The translations under genes were made by a program, and so were the position numbers. 64,000 bases of DNA from a virus (lineage: Duplodnaviria > Caudoviricetes): IMG/VR virus record IMGVR_UViG_3300014204_000127, positions 1-64,000 of that record. One strand, written 5' to 3'. This document shows positions 18,325 through 26,312 of the stretch, piece by piece; within the stretch, counting starts at the first letter, position 1, and each line of letters begins with the position of its first letter. The notes under the pieces were generated by a model. It worked only from the letters and a program-made list of their open reading frames with translations, searched no databases and was not told where the DNA came from.

Positions 18325-18816
18325 TCAAGAAATATTTTCATTAATTTGAAATTTAATTGGATTTCCACAAAGGCATCTGTATACAGTTTTGTCTGTTGTC
18401 AAATCCATTTTTAATGCCTTTCCAAGTCTATTAAGTCCGTGCTTTTCACCACATTTTGAACAGATTGCAATATACTTGGAAACCCCCTCTATCTCAAAAT
18501 TACCCCTCACTTCCCCAGTACATCCCATAGACAAAGCTATTTTACGCCATTCTTTTCCATGCCCATCATTGGGACATATTGCGTGTGCTATTTCGTGCAA
18601 TAGTGTGTCAATTATGTCGCTTTCAGTGGATTCTTTGTGAAATATAAACCAATTTGACAGCGTTATTATTTTTTTGCTAACATAACAGGTACCTAGTGAC
18701 CTTTTCTTTCTATAATTGATTTTAAAGTTCCATCCCTGTTCCACAAGACCATATTTAATAAAAAGTTCCGCTGCTTTTAAAAAAATCCAATTACATGTCT
18801 CTTTAGTTGGTTTCAT
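18325..18816 (-). CDS. SprT-like zinc metalloprotease
   Basis: LLHEIAH, GHGKEW, C-terminal CxxC. Confidence 0.88.
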   Translation of the reverse strand: MKPTKETCNWIFLKAAELFIKYGLVEQGWNFKINYRKKRSLGTCYVSKKIITLSNWFIFHKESTESDIIDTLLHEIAHAICPNDGHGKEWRKIALSMGCTGEVRGNFEIEGVSKYIAICSKCGEKHGLNRLGKALKMDLTTDKTVYRCLCGNPIKFQINENIS

Positions 18817-18863
18817 TATATGAAGTCCTTTTATTTGTTTTTTAATATATTATCATAGAATTA

Positions 18864-18902
18864 AAAAAAGTCAACCCTATTTTAAATAAGATTGACTTTT
18901 TT
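18864..18902 (-). terminator. intrinsic terminator ending the ncRNA array (overlaps -35 of sprT promoter)
   Basis: AAAAAAGTCAATCTTATT/AATAGGGTTGACTTTTTT. Confidence 0.7.
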
Positions 18903-18903
18903 A

Positions 18904-19068
18904 TGTATGGGAAAGGATTTGAACCTTTATGTCTCGTGTAGCGAGATGCACCTAAGTTCTTTTGCCATAGGAACTTATTTCAACCACAGTCAACAACTAG
19001 GATACGGCTGAATATCCTTAGCGTCTGATTCTGGTATACACGGAATACTCCATTTTCATCACCCATAC
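18904..19068 (-). ncRNA. expanded class II (Leu-like) tRNA-like RNA, 165 nt
   Basis: Acceptor GTATGGG/CCCATAC+A, T arm AAAGG-TTCAAAT-CCTTT, variable arm TCTCG/CGAGA, inserts in D and anticodon regions. Confidence 0.7.
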
Positions 19069-19077
19069 AAAATATTG

Positions 19078-19248
19078 TGCCGGTTACAGAATTCCGGCGA
19101 CAGCATAACGTTCTGCCTGTCAACGGTGGTTATCCCACGTTACCCATTCCCGGCGCGCTTTCCGGTTGATACCTGTAAATCCAGGTCACCTTTATGAGCG
19201 TCATTCGGGAGGCACGGGGCTTAACACGAAGAGAGGCTCGCGGGTTTA
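19078..19248 (-). ncRNA. GC-rich multi-hairpin RNA candidate with possible pseudoknots
   Basis: Stems GCCGG/CCGGC, GACAG/CTGTC, ACCTG/CAGGT, CCGG/CCGG. Confidence 0.55.
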
Positions 19249-19252
19249 CATG

Positions 19253-19345
19253 TTGATAGATGACAGGACGTAACTTCCTGTTGGACTCGTTCATAGATAT
19301 TGCGTATCTACCGGGTTTGCACGATTTCAACCCCGCATCTATCAA
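19253..19345 (-). ncRNA. 93-nt four-way-junction RNA candidate
   Basis: 10-bp closing helix TTGATAGATG/CATCTATCAA plus three hairpins. Confidence 0.6.
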
Positions 19346-19353
19346 ATATTATA

Positions 19354-19529
19354 GAGGAAACAGGCTAGGATTCCTAGTCTCATGTTGCAATCATGATACC
19401 CGTCTTTGGCTCTTTTTTTGAATACTAATTTCTAAGGCGTGAACTCAAAACGTTACTATTGTTCACCACGTGTCGAAACAGTAACACCAATCCATAGGGA
19501 CGAACCTTATCTGCTCGTGCTGTTTCCTC
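19354..19529 (-). ncRNA. 176-nt RNA candidate closed by 10-bp helix
   Basis: GAGGAAACAG/CTGTTTCCTC; internal GTTACTGTT/AATAGTAAC with GTGAAC/GTTCAC pseudoknot. Confidence 0.55.
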
Positions 19530-19560
19530 AAATTTCATTATTTTAGTTGTAAAATATCGT

Positions 19561-19704
19561 AAGAGCGTGTCTGTTTCTAAACATCCGACATATAATATTT
19601 AGCTATTTTATGTATGGGGTATCATGCCGAGTTGATGTTAATCCCACCATAAATATAGAACCCATCCGCTAAGATGTTGAAACTGGTATAACAGACACAC
19701 TCTT
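19561..19704 (-). ncRNA. 144-nt RNA candidate closed by 15-bp helix
   Basis: AAGAGTGTGTCTGTT/AACAGACACGCTCTT (U-G pair only on minus strand). Confidence 0.6.
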
Positions 19705-19719
19705 TTACTTTTAAACAAT

Positions 19720-19850
19720 GCCTGTTGGCAAGATTGGTTACTTGCACGACAAGGTCGGCTGTTTTATCAATTTGATAAAACTAAAAGGAAATTGGTTAAT
19801 CCTTGCCTCTTTATTCCAGTAATTGTGTGGCTAATTCCACCACAGCAGGC
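19720..19850. ncRNA. 131-nt RNA candidate
   Basis: Closing GCCTG/CAGGC, internal GGCAAG/CTTGCC, TTTTATCAA/TTGATAAAA; strand ambiguous. Confidence 0.45.
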
Positions 19851-19853
19851 TAT

Positions 19854-20048
19854 TTAACTATAAATCAATGGTACGGTAAATATAGTTATTTTACCACAAG
19901 AGGGACAAGTGTGTTCATAAGTTCCTGGTTCAAAAACACAATGCGATGGTGGCTTGTGTTCTGGATTCATACACGGTATTTGTGCATCTGCAACTTTTCT
20001 TGTTCCACTCTTTGTCGTCTGATTGTCATACGTTTTAAACATTTTCAT
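19854..20048 (-). CDS. small Zn-finger protein
   Basis: CMNPEHKPPSH...HTCPSCG. Confidence 0.75.
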   Translation of the reverse strand: MKMFKTYDNQTTKSGTRKVADAQIPCMNPEHKPPSHCVFEPGTYEHTCPSCGKITIFTVPLIYS

Positions 20049-20064
20049 CCCTTTAATAAAATAC

Positions 20065-20148
20065 AGTAAGAAAGATAGTGTCTCGCCTTATATGACACAT
20101 TCAGTCACGGTGCATCCCACCGATTGGCGTTTTTTATCTCTCTTTACT
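20065..20148 (-). ncRNA. 84-nt three-way-junction RNA candidate with CGCC/GGCG pseudoknot
   Basis: Closing stem plus CGGTG/CACCG and GTGTC/GACAC hairpins. Confidence 0.5.
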
Positions 20149-20159
20149 TTTAATTTTGT

Positions 20160-20202
20160 GCAGGCGTTTTGTTATTCTGGTTGGGGGCCTGCGGTTCCCC
20201 AA
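20160..20202 (-). ncRNA. H-type pseudoknot
   Basis: TTGGGG/CCCCAA stem; loop GCAGGC pairs with downstream GCCTGC across an A-rich linker. Confidence 0.5.
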
Positions 20203-20253
20203 ATCGTTCTAGACAGCTTCAGTATAAAAGATATAGAACATTATCTTTATATT

Positions 20254-20937
20254 TTATTGGTCTTTAAACTGCTTTTTAAAAGCTTGGTAGCTTTCTTCAG
20301 ATATTTCAATTATCTTGTTATCAATAACTATGGTTCTTTTGGGATTTATTGCCCCCTCAAGCCCATGTGCATGGTCTATAGCATATTGTGCGGAAATATA
20401 TGTGACATCCCATGATTCTGTGAAATTAAAGTCATCATTAGCTTGATAAGAAAGGAGTCCTTTCCCAATAAAGTTTACAAATATCATTGGTAATTTAGTA
20501 TATTGTATTATATTTCCATAACACCAGTGAAATCCTGCGTCAAAAAGTGCCTTTTGTACTTGCTCGGATACCACATCATTTCCTCCGCCAACAAATATAC
20601 AGTATGTTTTCATTTTATTTGAACCTTCTTTCTTTTTATTTAGATTTTTACCAGCATTAAGATAATTAACAAGTTTCACATGTCTGGAGTGTGTGAAAAT
20701 AATATTGTTCCCATTCTTTATGCAAATATCACAAGGTTCATCAGGATTCCCGCATGGATATGCCCTATTATCTGCAACAACATGCAAATCTGTTGCAATT
20801 ACTTTGCTAGTTCCAGGAGCATTATAGTAGTTCCCAATAAAACATAAGTTGTTACAATCATCTACAATTCCCAGACTATATGAACCATCCTTCAATATAA
20901 CCGTATCACCAATCTCAATTTTTGCCACATTTTCCAT
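20254..20937 (-). CDS. hypothetical protein (C-terminal module shared with 58963..59313)
   Basis: SEQVQKALFDAGFHW module. Confidence 0.75.
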   Translation of the reverse strand: MENVAKIEIGDTVILKDGSYSLGIVDDCNNLCFIGNYYNAPGTSKVIATDLHVVADNRAYPCGNPDEPCDICIKNGNNIIFTHSRHVKLVNYLNAGKNLNKKKEGSNKMKTYCIFVGGGNDVVSEQVQKALFDAGFHWCYGNIIQYTKLPMIFVNFIGKGLLSYQANDDFNFTESWDVTYISAQYAIDHAHGLEGAINPKRTIVIDNKIIEISEESYQAFKKQFKDQ

Positions 20938-21026
20938 AATCTGTTTCCTTTTTACTTTATGATGCTTATATAATACCACAACATTCCGGATTTGTCAAAC
21001 ACTTTATGTTAGTTTTTGAGAAATTT

Positions 21027-21995
21027 TTAACACTTCACACGCTGCCAACGGTAGTTATCGGTGTACATACCAACTGCTTCAGAACCCAAATATTCAAATC
21101 GCCTATCATTGTGCTTAACCCCCCTACTTGTGATATGATTAACAATATCATATCTTGAGGGATTGATGGGCAATTCTTCTACTGTTTCAAGTAGCTGCCT
21201 TGCCCGATTGTTAGGCAGTTTTGTACTATGTGCCAGTCCTGCAAGGAATCCTGCTGGATTTGCTTCCCTTACATTAGCCAAACTCATAAAGCTATTTGTC
21301 ATTTCATAGGCAGAATCGAGCGTAGAATGCAGACGTTTAACAAATTCTGTACTTTCATCCATTACAAGACTATAAGACGATATTACATCTTTTGATAGCA
21401 TTCCATTAGTACAAGCCAACCGATAGGCAAACGCTGATATAGTGACATCTCCATTAAGGCTTATTGATATGCCTGCATGGGTTATGTCATTTACATCGTT
21501 TTCAGGATGAAACTGTTGTTCTGTAATAAATCTGAATCCACTTTCACCATTTTCATTACGAACACCATATCTTCCATCTACACCAATACACCTATCGCCA
21601 AGCACATTGGTACAAGAATCAAACACTTTTCGGGGGTCAATCCATGAACGGTGTCCTTCAAATATATTTTGAAGTCTTTTACCAGATGTGACTACGGTTA
21701 TTTCCTTGTTTCTGCGTTTGGTAAGAGAATGCTGTATACAGGTTCTAAGTAAATTAGAGTCATCTTGATATTCTTTAAGTGACTTCAGGCTTACACCCAG
21801 CACACTTAAGATATCTTTATCAGCACTTTCACCTATTTCAAAGGTATTATCCCCCACCTTAAAGGAATAGACTACTCCCTGTCTATCTAGGGATACAGCA
21901 TCTGCCTTTACCTTATCAGCTTTAAGGGGGCTTTGTTCAAGAAGTTCCCTTGCTGAATCTAGCGACATAATTTTAGTATTTTCAAGTGTTTGCAT
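21027..21995 (-). CDS. DUF932-like protein
   Basis: AYRLACTNGM motif. Confidence 0.6.
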   Translation of the reverse strand: MQTLENTKIMSLDSARELLEQSPLKADKVKADAVSLDRQGVVYSFKVGDNTFEIGESADKDILSVLGVSLKSLKEYQDDSNLLRTCIQHSLTKRRNKEITVVTSGKRLQNIFEGHRSWIDPRKVFDSCTNVLGDRCIGVDGRYGVRNENGESGFRFITEQQFHPENDVNDITHAGISISLNGDVTISAFAYRLACTNGMLSKDVISSYSLVMDESTEFVKRLHSTLDSAYEMTNSFMSLANVREANPAGFLAGLAHSTKLPNNRARQLLETVEELPINPSRYDIVNHITSRGVKHNDRRFEYLGSEAVGMYTDNYRWQRVKC

Positions 21996-22012
21996 AATTT
22001 TTCCTTGTTTTC

Positions 22013-22510
22013 TTACATTATATCATATTGTTTAGGGGTGTCAAGAGAATATTTATTTTTAAACCACGTGCAAAAATGCTGAACAATTCTATTCTCATTA
22101 ACAATATCCACAAGAATATCGTTTTTCCCAAATTCAAATCTCTTTTTCATAGAATCATAAGTTTTTTGGGGAACATTGTGTATGTTATCAAAGAAATTTA
22201 ACATGGTCACTATATGGTATTCGTGATTAAATGCAGCACAGTATGTTAAATATTTTGCATATTCCCACTTTTGTGTAAAGGTGTTGGATACAATCACAAC
22301 TTTATTTGATTCAAGGGCATCCTGAACTGATTTAAAACACCACTCATGGGCATCTTTAATCTTGGCACTATCAAAATTGTAGTTCCCTTTATCGTCGGTG
22401 AAATACATGTCTGCCTCAAAATGTGAGGCATTTAATGTATTTGCCAGTTTTTTGGCAAATGTTGTTTTGCCACTACCAGGCAGACCTCTAATTATAATTA
22501 GTGTTGACAT
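22013..22510 (-). CDS. AAA_33 / N4BP2-like polynucleotide kinase-type ATPase
   Basis: IIRGLPGSGKTT, HFEADMYF, VSNTFTQKWE, NIHNVP. Confidence 0.88.
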   Translation of the reverse strand: MSTLIIIRGLPGSGKTTFAKKLANTLNASHFEADMYFTDDKGNYNFDSAKIKDAHEWCFKSVQDALESNKVVIVSNTFTQKWEYAKYLTYCAAFNHEYHIVTMLNFFDNIHNVPQKTYDSMKKRFEFGKNDILVDIVNENRIVQHFCTWFKNKYSLDTPKQYDIM

Positions 22511-22758
22511 ATATTTTGTTTCTTATGGTTTTCGACCCGTATGTTGTGCTATTAGTATCTGCCCACACGGGCATTTAAACTTTATAACATGGGGTTCAAT
22601 ATTGTAGCCACATTATTCTACATTGCAAGTCGGGCATACATAAACAGAACTGTATGCTGTGATTGTTTCGTGTATAACTTGTACTTGTTTAGGCGTTTTT
22701 GTTATCTTCATTATATATTTCCCATTTAAAAAACATTATACACAAATTGTTGGAAATG

Positions 22759-23334
22759 TCAATCATTTTTTAAATAAAAATCACGGTGTTTCTTCTCATC
22801 AAGAAATCTAGATGTATATTCTTTGCCGTCCAATATTAATTTATAATCATTCCACAATAGTTTTGGATTTTCTTTAGGTTTCCATTTTTTAATCCCGTAT
22901 GTTGATATGCCAAGTGATTTAGCAAAATCTATTGTGAAATAGAATGCCTTTAACTTATTATCTGCCAGTATTTTAAGCCCGTTACCAAGAATATCTTTAA
23001 CATTTTCAATGGACTTTTCTTTCCCCATAATCATGTACAATCTTCCTCTGTGTATAAAATTATGGCAATAATGGCACAAAGGAACAATATCATTAACTGT
23101 ACATATACCAGTAGTATAATCAATATTCCATAACTCATGGGCTTCAAGCCATTTATGTTGTTTTGCTTCAGATTTATGTACACCACAAGCAAGACAGTGA
23201 TAGTCAGTGCTTTGATACGCCCTTTCTCTTACTATGTCCCACCACGATTGCCCTAGTATTGTTCTAGGGTTTAGTCCATGTAGGGGCTTAGGGACATGTG
23301 GTTGTGACAATATATCTGGTTGTGTATCAAACAT
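22759..23334 (-). CDS. HNH-like endonuclease
   Basis: CLACG, LEAHELW, LCHYCHNFIH. Confidence 0.75.
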   Translation of the reverse strand: MFDTQPDILSQPHVPKPLHGLNPRTILGQSWWDIVRERAYQSTDYHCLACGVHKSEAKQHKWLEAHELWNIDYTTGICTVNDIVPLCHYCHNFIHRGRLYMIMGKEKSIENVKDILGNGLKILADNKLKAFYFTIDFAKSLGISTYGIKKWKPKENPKLLWNDYKLILDGKEYTSRFLDEKKHRDFYLKND

Positions 23335-23343
23335 TATGAATAA

Positions 23344-23667
23344 CTATTCCTCGACTGCCAGAATGTCTTTCTCCTCTATAAGTATTTGCTCCACGCCTCC
23401 TACTGTTACAACCATGCCCTCATGCTTGGGAATAAAAACCACATCACCTTTTTTAACCTGAAGTGGGGTTCTTGTACCCACTTCAGTAAGAAATCCTTCT
23501 CCAGTTTCAATAACTGTGCATTTTTGTGATTTTTCTCTTGCATTTTCTGGCAAAATAATACCACCATCAGTAGTATTTGATGTTTCGTGTCTTTTTAACA
23601 GCATCATATTTCCTATGGGGCGTACAGGAGGTGTTGTTTCTTTTTTTGATTTTGTTTTATTTTTCAT
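23344..23667 (-). CDS. groES: co-chaperonin GroES
   Basis: VRPIGN, TTDGGIILPENAREK, VKKGDVV, EKDILAV. Confidence 0.93.
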   Translation of the reverse strand: MKNKTKSKKETTPPVRPIGNMMLLKRHETSNTTDGGIILPENAREKSQKCTVIETGEGFLTEVGTRTPLQVKKGDVVFIPKHEGMVVTVGGVEQILIEEKDILAVEE

Positions 23668-23833
23668 TTTATTTTCCTAATATCTTTTACATTTTCTAAT
23701 GCCAAAGGCAGATAAATCTTTAAAGTATTTCTGAAGATTCCTATAGTCATTTTCAAGTGCATTCAGTTCTTCCCCCTCAACAACCAAAAGCCCATGTTTT
23801 TTCAAATAACAGGACAATATCTTTAGAATTGTT

Positions 23834-24280
23834 TTATTTATTTCCAAATTCCTTATCCCATCTTGCCCAACATGCTGCTTTATTACAAAAGTGTTTACAA
23901 TCTGTAAACGAACCCCAACTACATTCTTTCCATTCAGGCTTTTTGGTGTAGTCTACTGACTGATACCACCAACATGGACAACTTCTTTCCCTATCTTCTT
24001 TGTTTGGAAGTACTCCTCCACTAAACCAGTCATTATATGGAAGATTATATTCCTTTGTAAGTTCTGGATTGAGACAATACCCTATGTTGTGCTTTATTAC
24101 ATGGGTAATATTATCACACTTCTTTTTTGCTGTAAATGGGGTGTACGTTACATAGCTTTTGCCAGTTCCTTTGCATGTATGGCATTCTATACCAAGCCCA
24201 GCACGTTCGCCCATTCCGGCATACACACCAGATCCCTTGCATGAAGGGCACTCACACTCTAATTTTATAGTTTTATTCAT
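23834..24280 (-). CDS. DnaJ-type zinc-finger-containing protein
   Basis: CPSCKGSG and CHTCKGTG repeats. Confidence 0.7.
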   Translation of the reverse strand: MNKTIKLECECPSCKGSGVYAGMGERAGLGIECHTCKGTGKSYVTYTPFTAKKKCDNITHVIKHNIGYCLNPELTKEYNLPYNDWFSGGVLPNKEDRERSCPCWWYQSVDYTKKPEWKECSWGSFTDCKHFCNKAACWARWDKEFGNK

Positions 24281-24337
24281 ATTATTTTTCCTTTAAAAGA
24301 AAGTATACCACACTAAATAGCAAAAGTCAATCATTTT

Positions 24338-24589
24338 TTATACCTCATCCCAATCAGAATCACGATTCCTATTTCTATAACAATTAAGATAAATATACCG
24401 GCAGATATCAATATTTCCATTATACAATATCTCTATTTCCTTTTCATTAAACCACAATAAATGGGGGTGCTTTTCTACCTGTACACCATATAGCTTGTTT
24501 TTAATGTCCACTGTTTCTATTGTACCATATTTTTCATAATACAGGCAAGTTTTATCTAATATTTTAACAGTTTTCTTTATATTTTTCAT
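24338..24589 (-). CDS. hypothetical protein
   Basis: ORF track. Confidence 0.6.
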   Translation of the reverse strand: MKNIKKTVKILDKTCLYYEKYGTIETVDIKNKLYGVQVEKHPHLLWFNEKEIEILYNGNIDICRYIYLNCYRNRNRDSDWDEV

Positions 24590-24596
24590 ACTATTA

Positions 24597-24845
24597 TCAT
24601 TTCATTTTAGACAGTGTAAGACGGTCTGTGTACTTTTTATGTTCTTTAACTATTTTTTTATATTTTTCAATAAGCTCGTCTGCCTCCGATTTTTTATTGA
24701 ATTTTTGAATCTCTTTATAGAAAACTAAACCAGGTTCTTTCCACTTACCGGCCAGATATACAACATATTTATCCTCCTTTTCTACAAAAAGAAAATCAAC
24801 ATAAGTAGCAGTATCACAAAGGGTTATAAATTCTTTTTTTGTCAT
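24597..24845 (-). CDS. hypothetical protein (start MTKKE)
   Basis: ATGA overlap with upstream gene. Confidence 0.6.
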   Translation of the reverse strand: MTKKEFITLCDTATYVDFLFVEKEDKYVVYLAGKWKEPGLVFYKEIQKFNKKSEADELIEKYKKIVKEHKKYTDRLTLSKMK

Positions 24846-25372
24846 AGAGCGTTGACCAGCAGTTTTCCATTGGGCGTTTGCATAATAGCGTGAAGTCTGG
24901 AACATGCTTTTCTAGCCTGTTCCCGTGTTCTGAACATAGTTGAATATCTACTTGCAATTACATTAAATTCATTGCAGGGACTTTTGAAACATTTCCATCT
25001 TTTTATATCCACATTGTATTTTATTTTCCACACAGAATCCCCAATCTTGGGTTTCCACATAATATCCTGTCTGTAATTTGCAAAAACCTGTCTGTTTTCT
25101 TTTCTGACAATACAGTTTAGACATTCCTCTCTGTTTCTCTTGCCACAGTCTTTTGTTACATCTGTATGGACATTGCACTCGTCATCTGGATATATCCATG
25201 TAAGCAGGTTGGACACCTCTGGACTAATGAGGTTTTCTGGAATAAAACGTCCTCTATAGAACTGTACACCATCTATTGTTTCAATAGTTGGGCATATTCC
25301 TTTGTCAAAAGGGATATCTTGCATATTATTTTTCTTCGTCTTGTTTCTTTTTGTGAAAATTGCTTTTTTCAT
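24842..25372 (-). CDS. hypothetical protein with WKPKIGDSVW...TREQAR module
   Basis: RBS; shared module. Confidence 0.75.
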   Translation of the reverse strand: MKKAIFTKRNKTKKNNMQDIPFDKGICPTIETIDGVQFYRGRFIPENLISPEVSNLLTWIYPDDECNVHTDVTKDCGKRNREECLNCIVRKENRQVFANYRQDIMWKPKIGDSVWKIKYNVDIKRWKCFKSPCNEFNVIASRYSTMFRTREQARKACSRLHAIMQTPNGKLLVNAL

Positions 25373-25382
25373 TTTATTGTCC

Positions 25383-25811
25383 TTATAGTATATTTTTTAT
25401 TTCCCTAACAATCTTGCGAGCCTCTTCTCTTGTTCTGCGAATAAGCCCATTTCCAAACATTGTTGCATGGGCTTCGGAATAGATATCGCTATAGTATATT
25501 ACTGAATCAGTCATACAAATACACCAGACCCTTTCGCCATTTTTGGGTTTCCATTGTACATTGTTCGTTTTACGGGGCTTTAGTACAAAAAAAGGAAAAA
25601 AGTAGTCAGAGTTCTCTCCCCAAATGCCAAAGATGCTAAAGGTCCCCCCAAACTCAAAAGTATGCCCTACAAGAGCATCCATATCATCTACCCAACTGTT
25701 GCCCCAACCACTCTCCTTGCTTTCCGCTTTGCGAAATACCCTTACAGAGTCACCTGGTACTAGATTGTGCTTCTTTATCCATTCTTGTTGTCTTTCTTCA
25801 TAACTTTTCAT
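25383..25811 (-). CDS. hypothetical protein with WKPKNGERVW...TREEAR module
   Basis: RBS; shared module. Confidence 0.75.
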   Translation of the reverse strand: MKSYEERQQEWIKKHNLVPGDSVRVFRKAESKESGWGNSWVDDMDALVGHTFEFGGTFSIFGIWGENSDYFFPFFVLKPRKTNNVQWKPKNGERVWCICMTDSVIYYSDIYSEAHATMFGNGLIRRTREEARKIVREIKNIL

Positions 25812-26061
25812 ATTAAATAATCCTTTTAATTAGTTTTTAATGTTCTTGCCATCATAGAAATCTTTACTAATCTGTTCATAGGTCAAAACAGTTGTTTTAT
25901 ACACATACTTTGGCTTATTTTGTGTATTTCTATTCATTTTGTTTTCATTGTTTTTCATTTTATTTTCCTTTTCTATCAGTAAGTGTAGCACAATATTTGT
26001 AAAAGTCAATTATATTTTCTGATATTTGACAAAAATATTTAAAATTTTTGGTTATTTGCAC

Positions 26062-26232
26062 TATGGAACATCTGAAACCTGTCCTATAATGCCTTCTGTT
26101 CTTTGATAATTCAAAAACCTTCAATGCTTTTTTAGGTGCGTTTTTGAATTAAATACAGATAACAGCTCTTTTTTGGCTCGGAAACAGACAGTTACCACCT
26201 GCCTGAAACGAAGGAGTGCACCATCAATGAAT
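26062..26232 (-). ncRNA. candidate structured RNA B downstream of tRNA-Lys
   Basis: AATTCAAAAAC/GTTTTTGAATT stem; motifs shared with 15232-15395. Confidence 0.4.
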
Positions 26233-26239
26233 ACAAAAC

Positions 26240-26312
26240 TGGGAATGAAAGGACTCGAACCCTTAACCTACCGCTTAAAGGGCGGTTGCTCTAACCATTG
26301 AGCTACATTCCC
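26240..26312 (-). tRNA. tRNA-Lys(UUU), atypical C33, no encoded CCA
   Basis: Full cloverleaf GGGAATG...CATTCCC A; anticodon loop CCUUUAA; T loop TTCGAGT. Confidence 0.88.

Noticed and set aside
19130-19345. 71-aa ORF within the ncRNA array
   Set aside because: TTG start without RBS; it spans two structured units and has atypical composition
18905-19850. tmRNA, RNase P RNA or SRP RNA
   Set aside because: Signature sequences (Ala-type acceptor with tag ORF, GAGGAAAGUCC/ACAGAA P4, SRP domain IV) were not found by eye
20065-20148. Hammerhead ribozyme
   Set aside because: Three-way junction is present but the CUGANGA and GAAA core sequences are missing
26180-26239. Theta (HDV-like) ribozyme or T-box after tRNA-Lys
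   Set aside because: No nested double pseudoknot at the tRNA 3' end; GGTGGTAAC lacks stem I and antiterminator context
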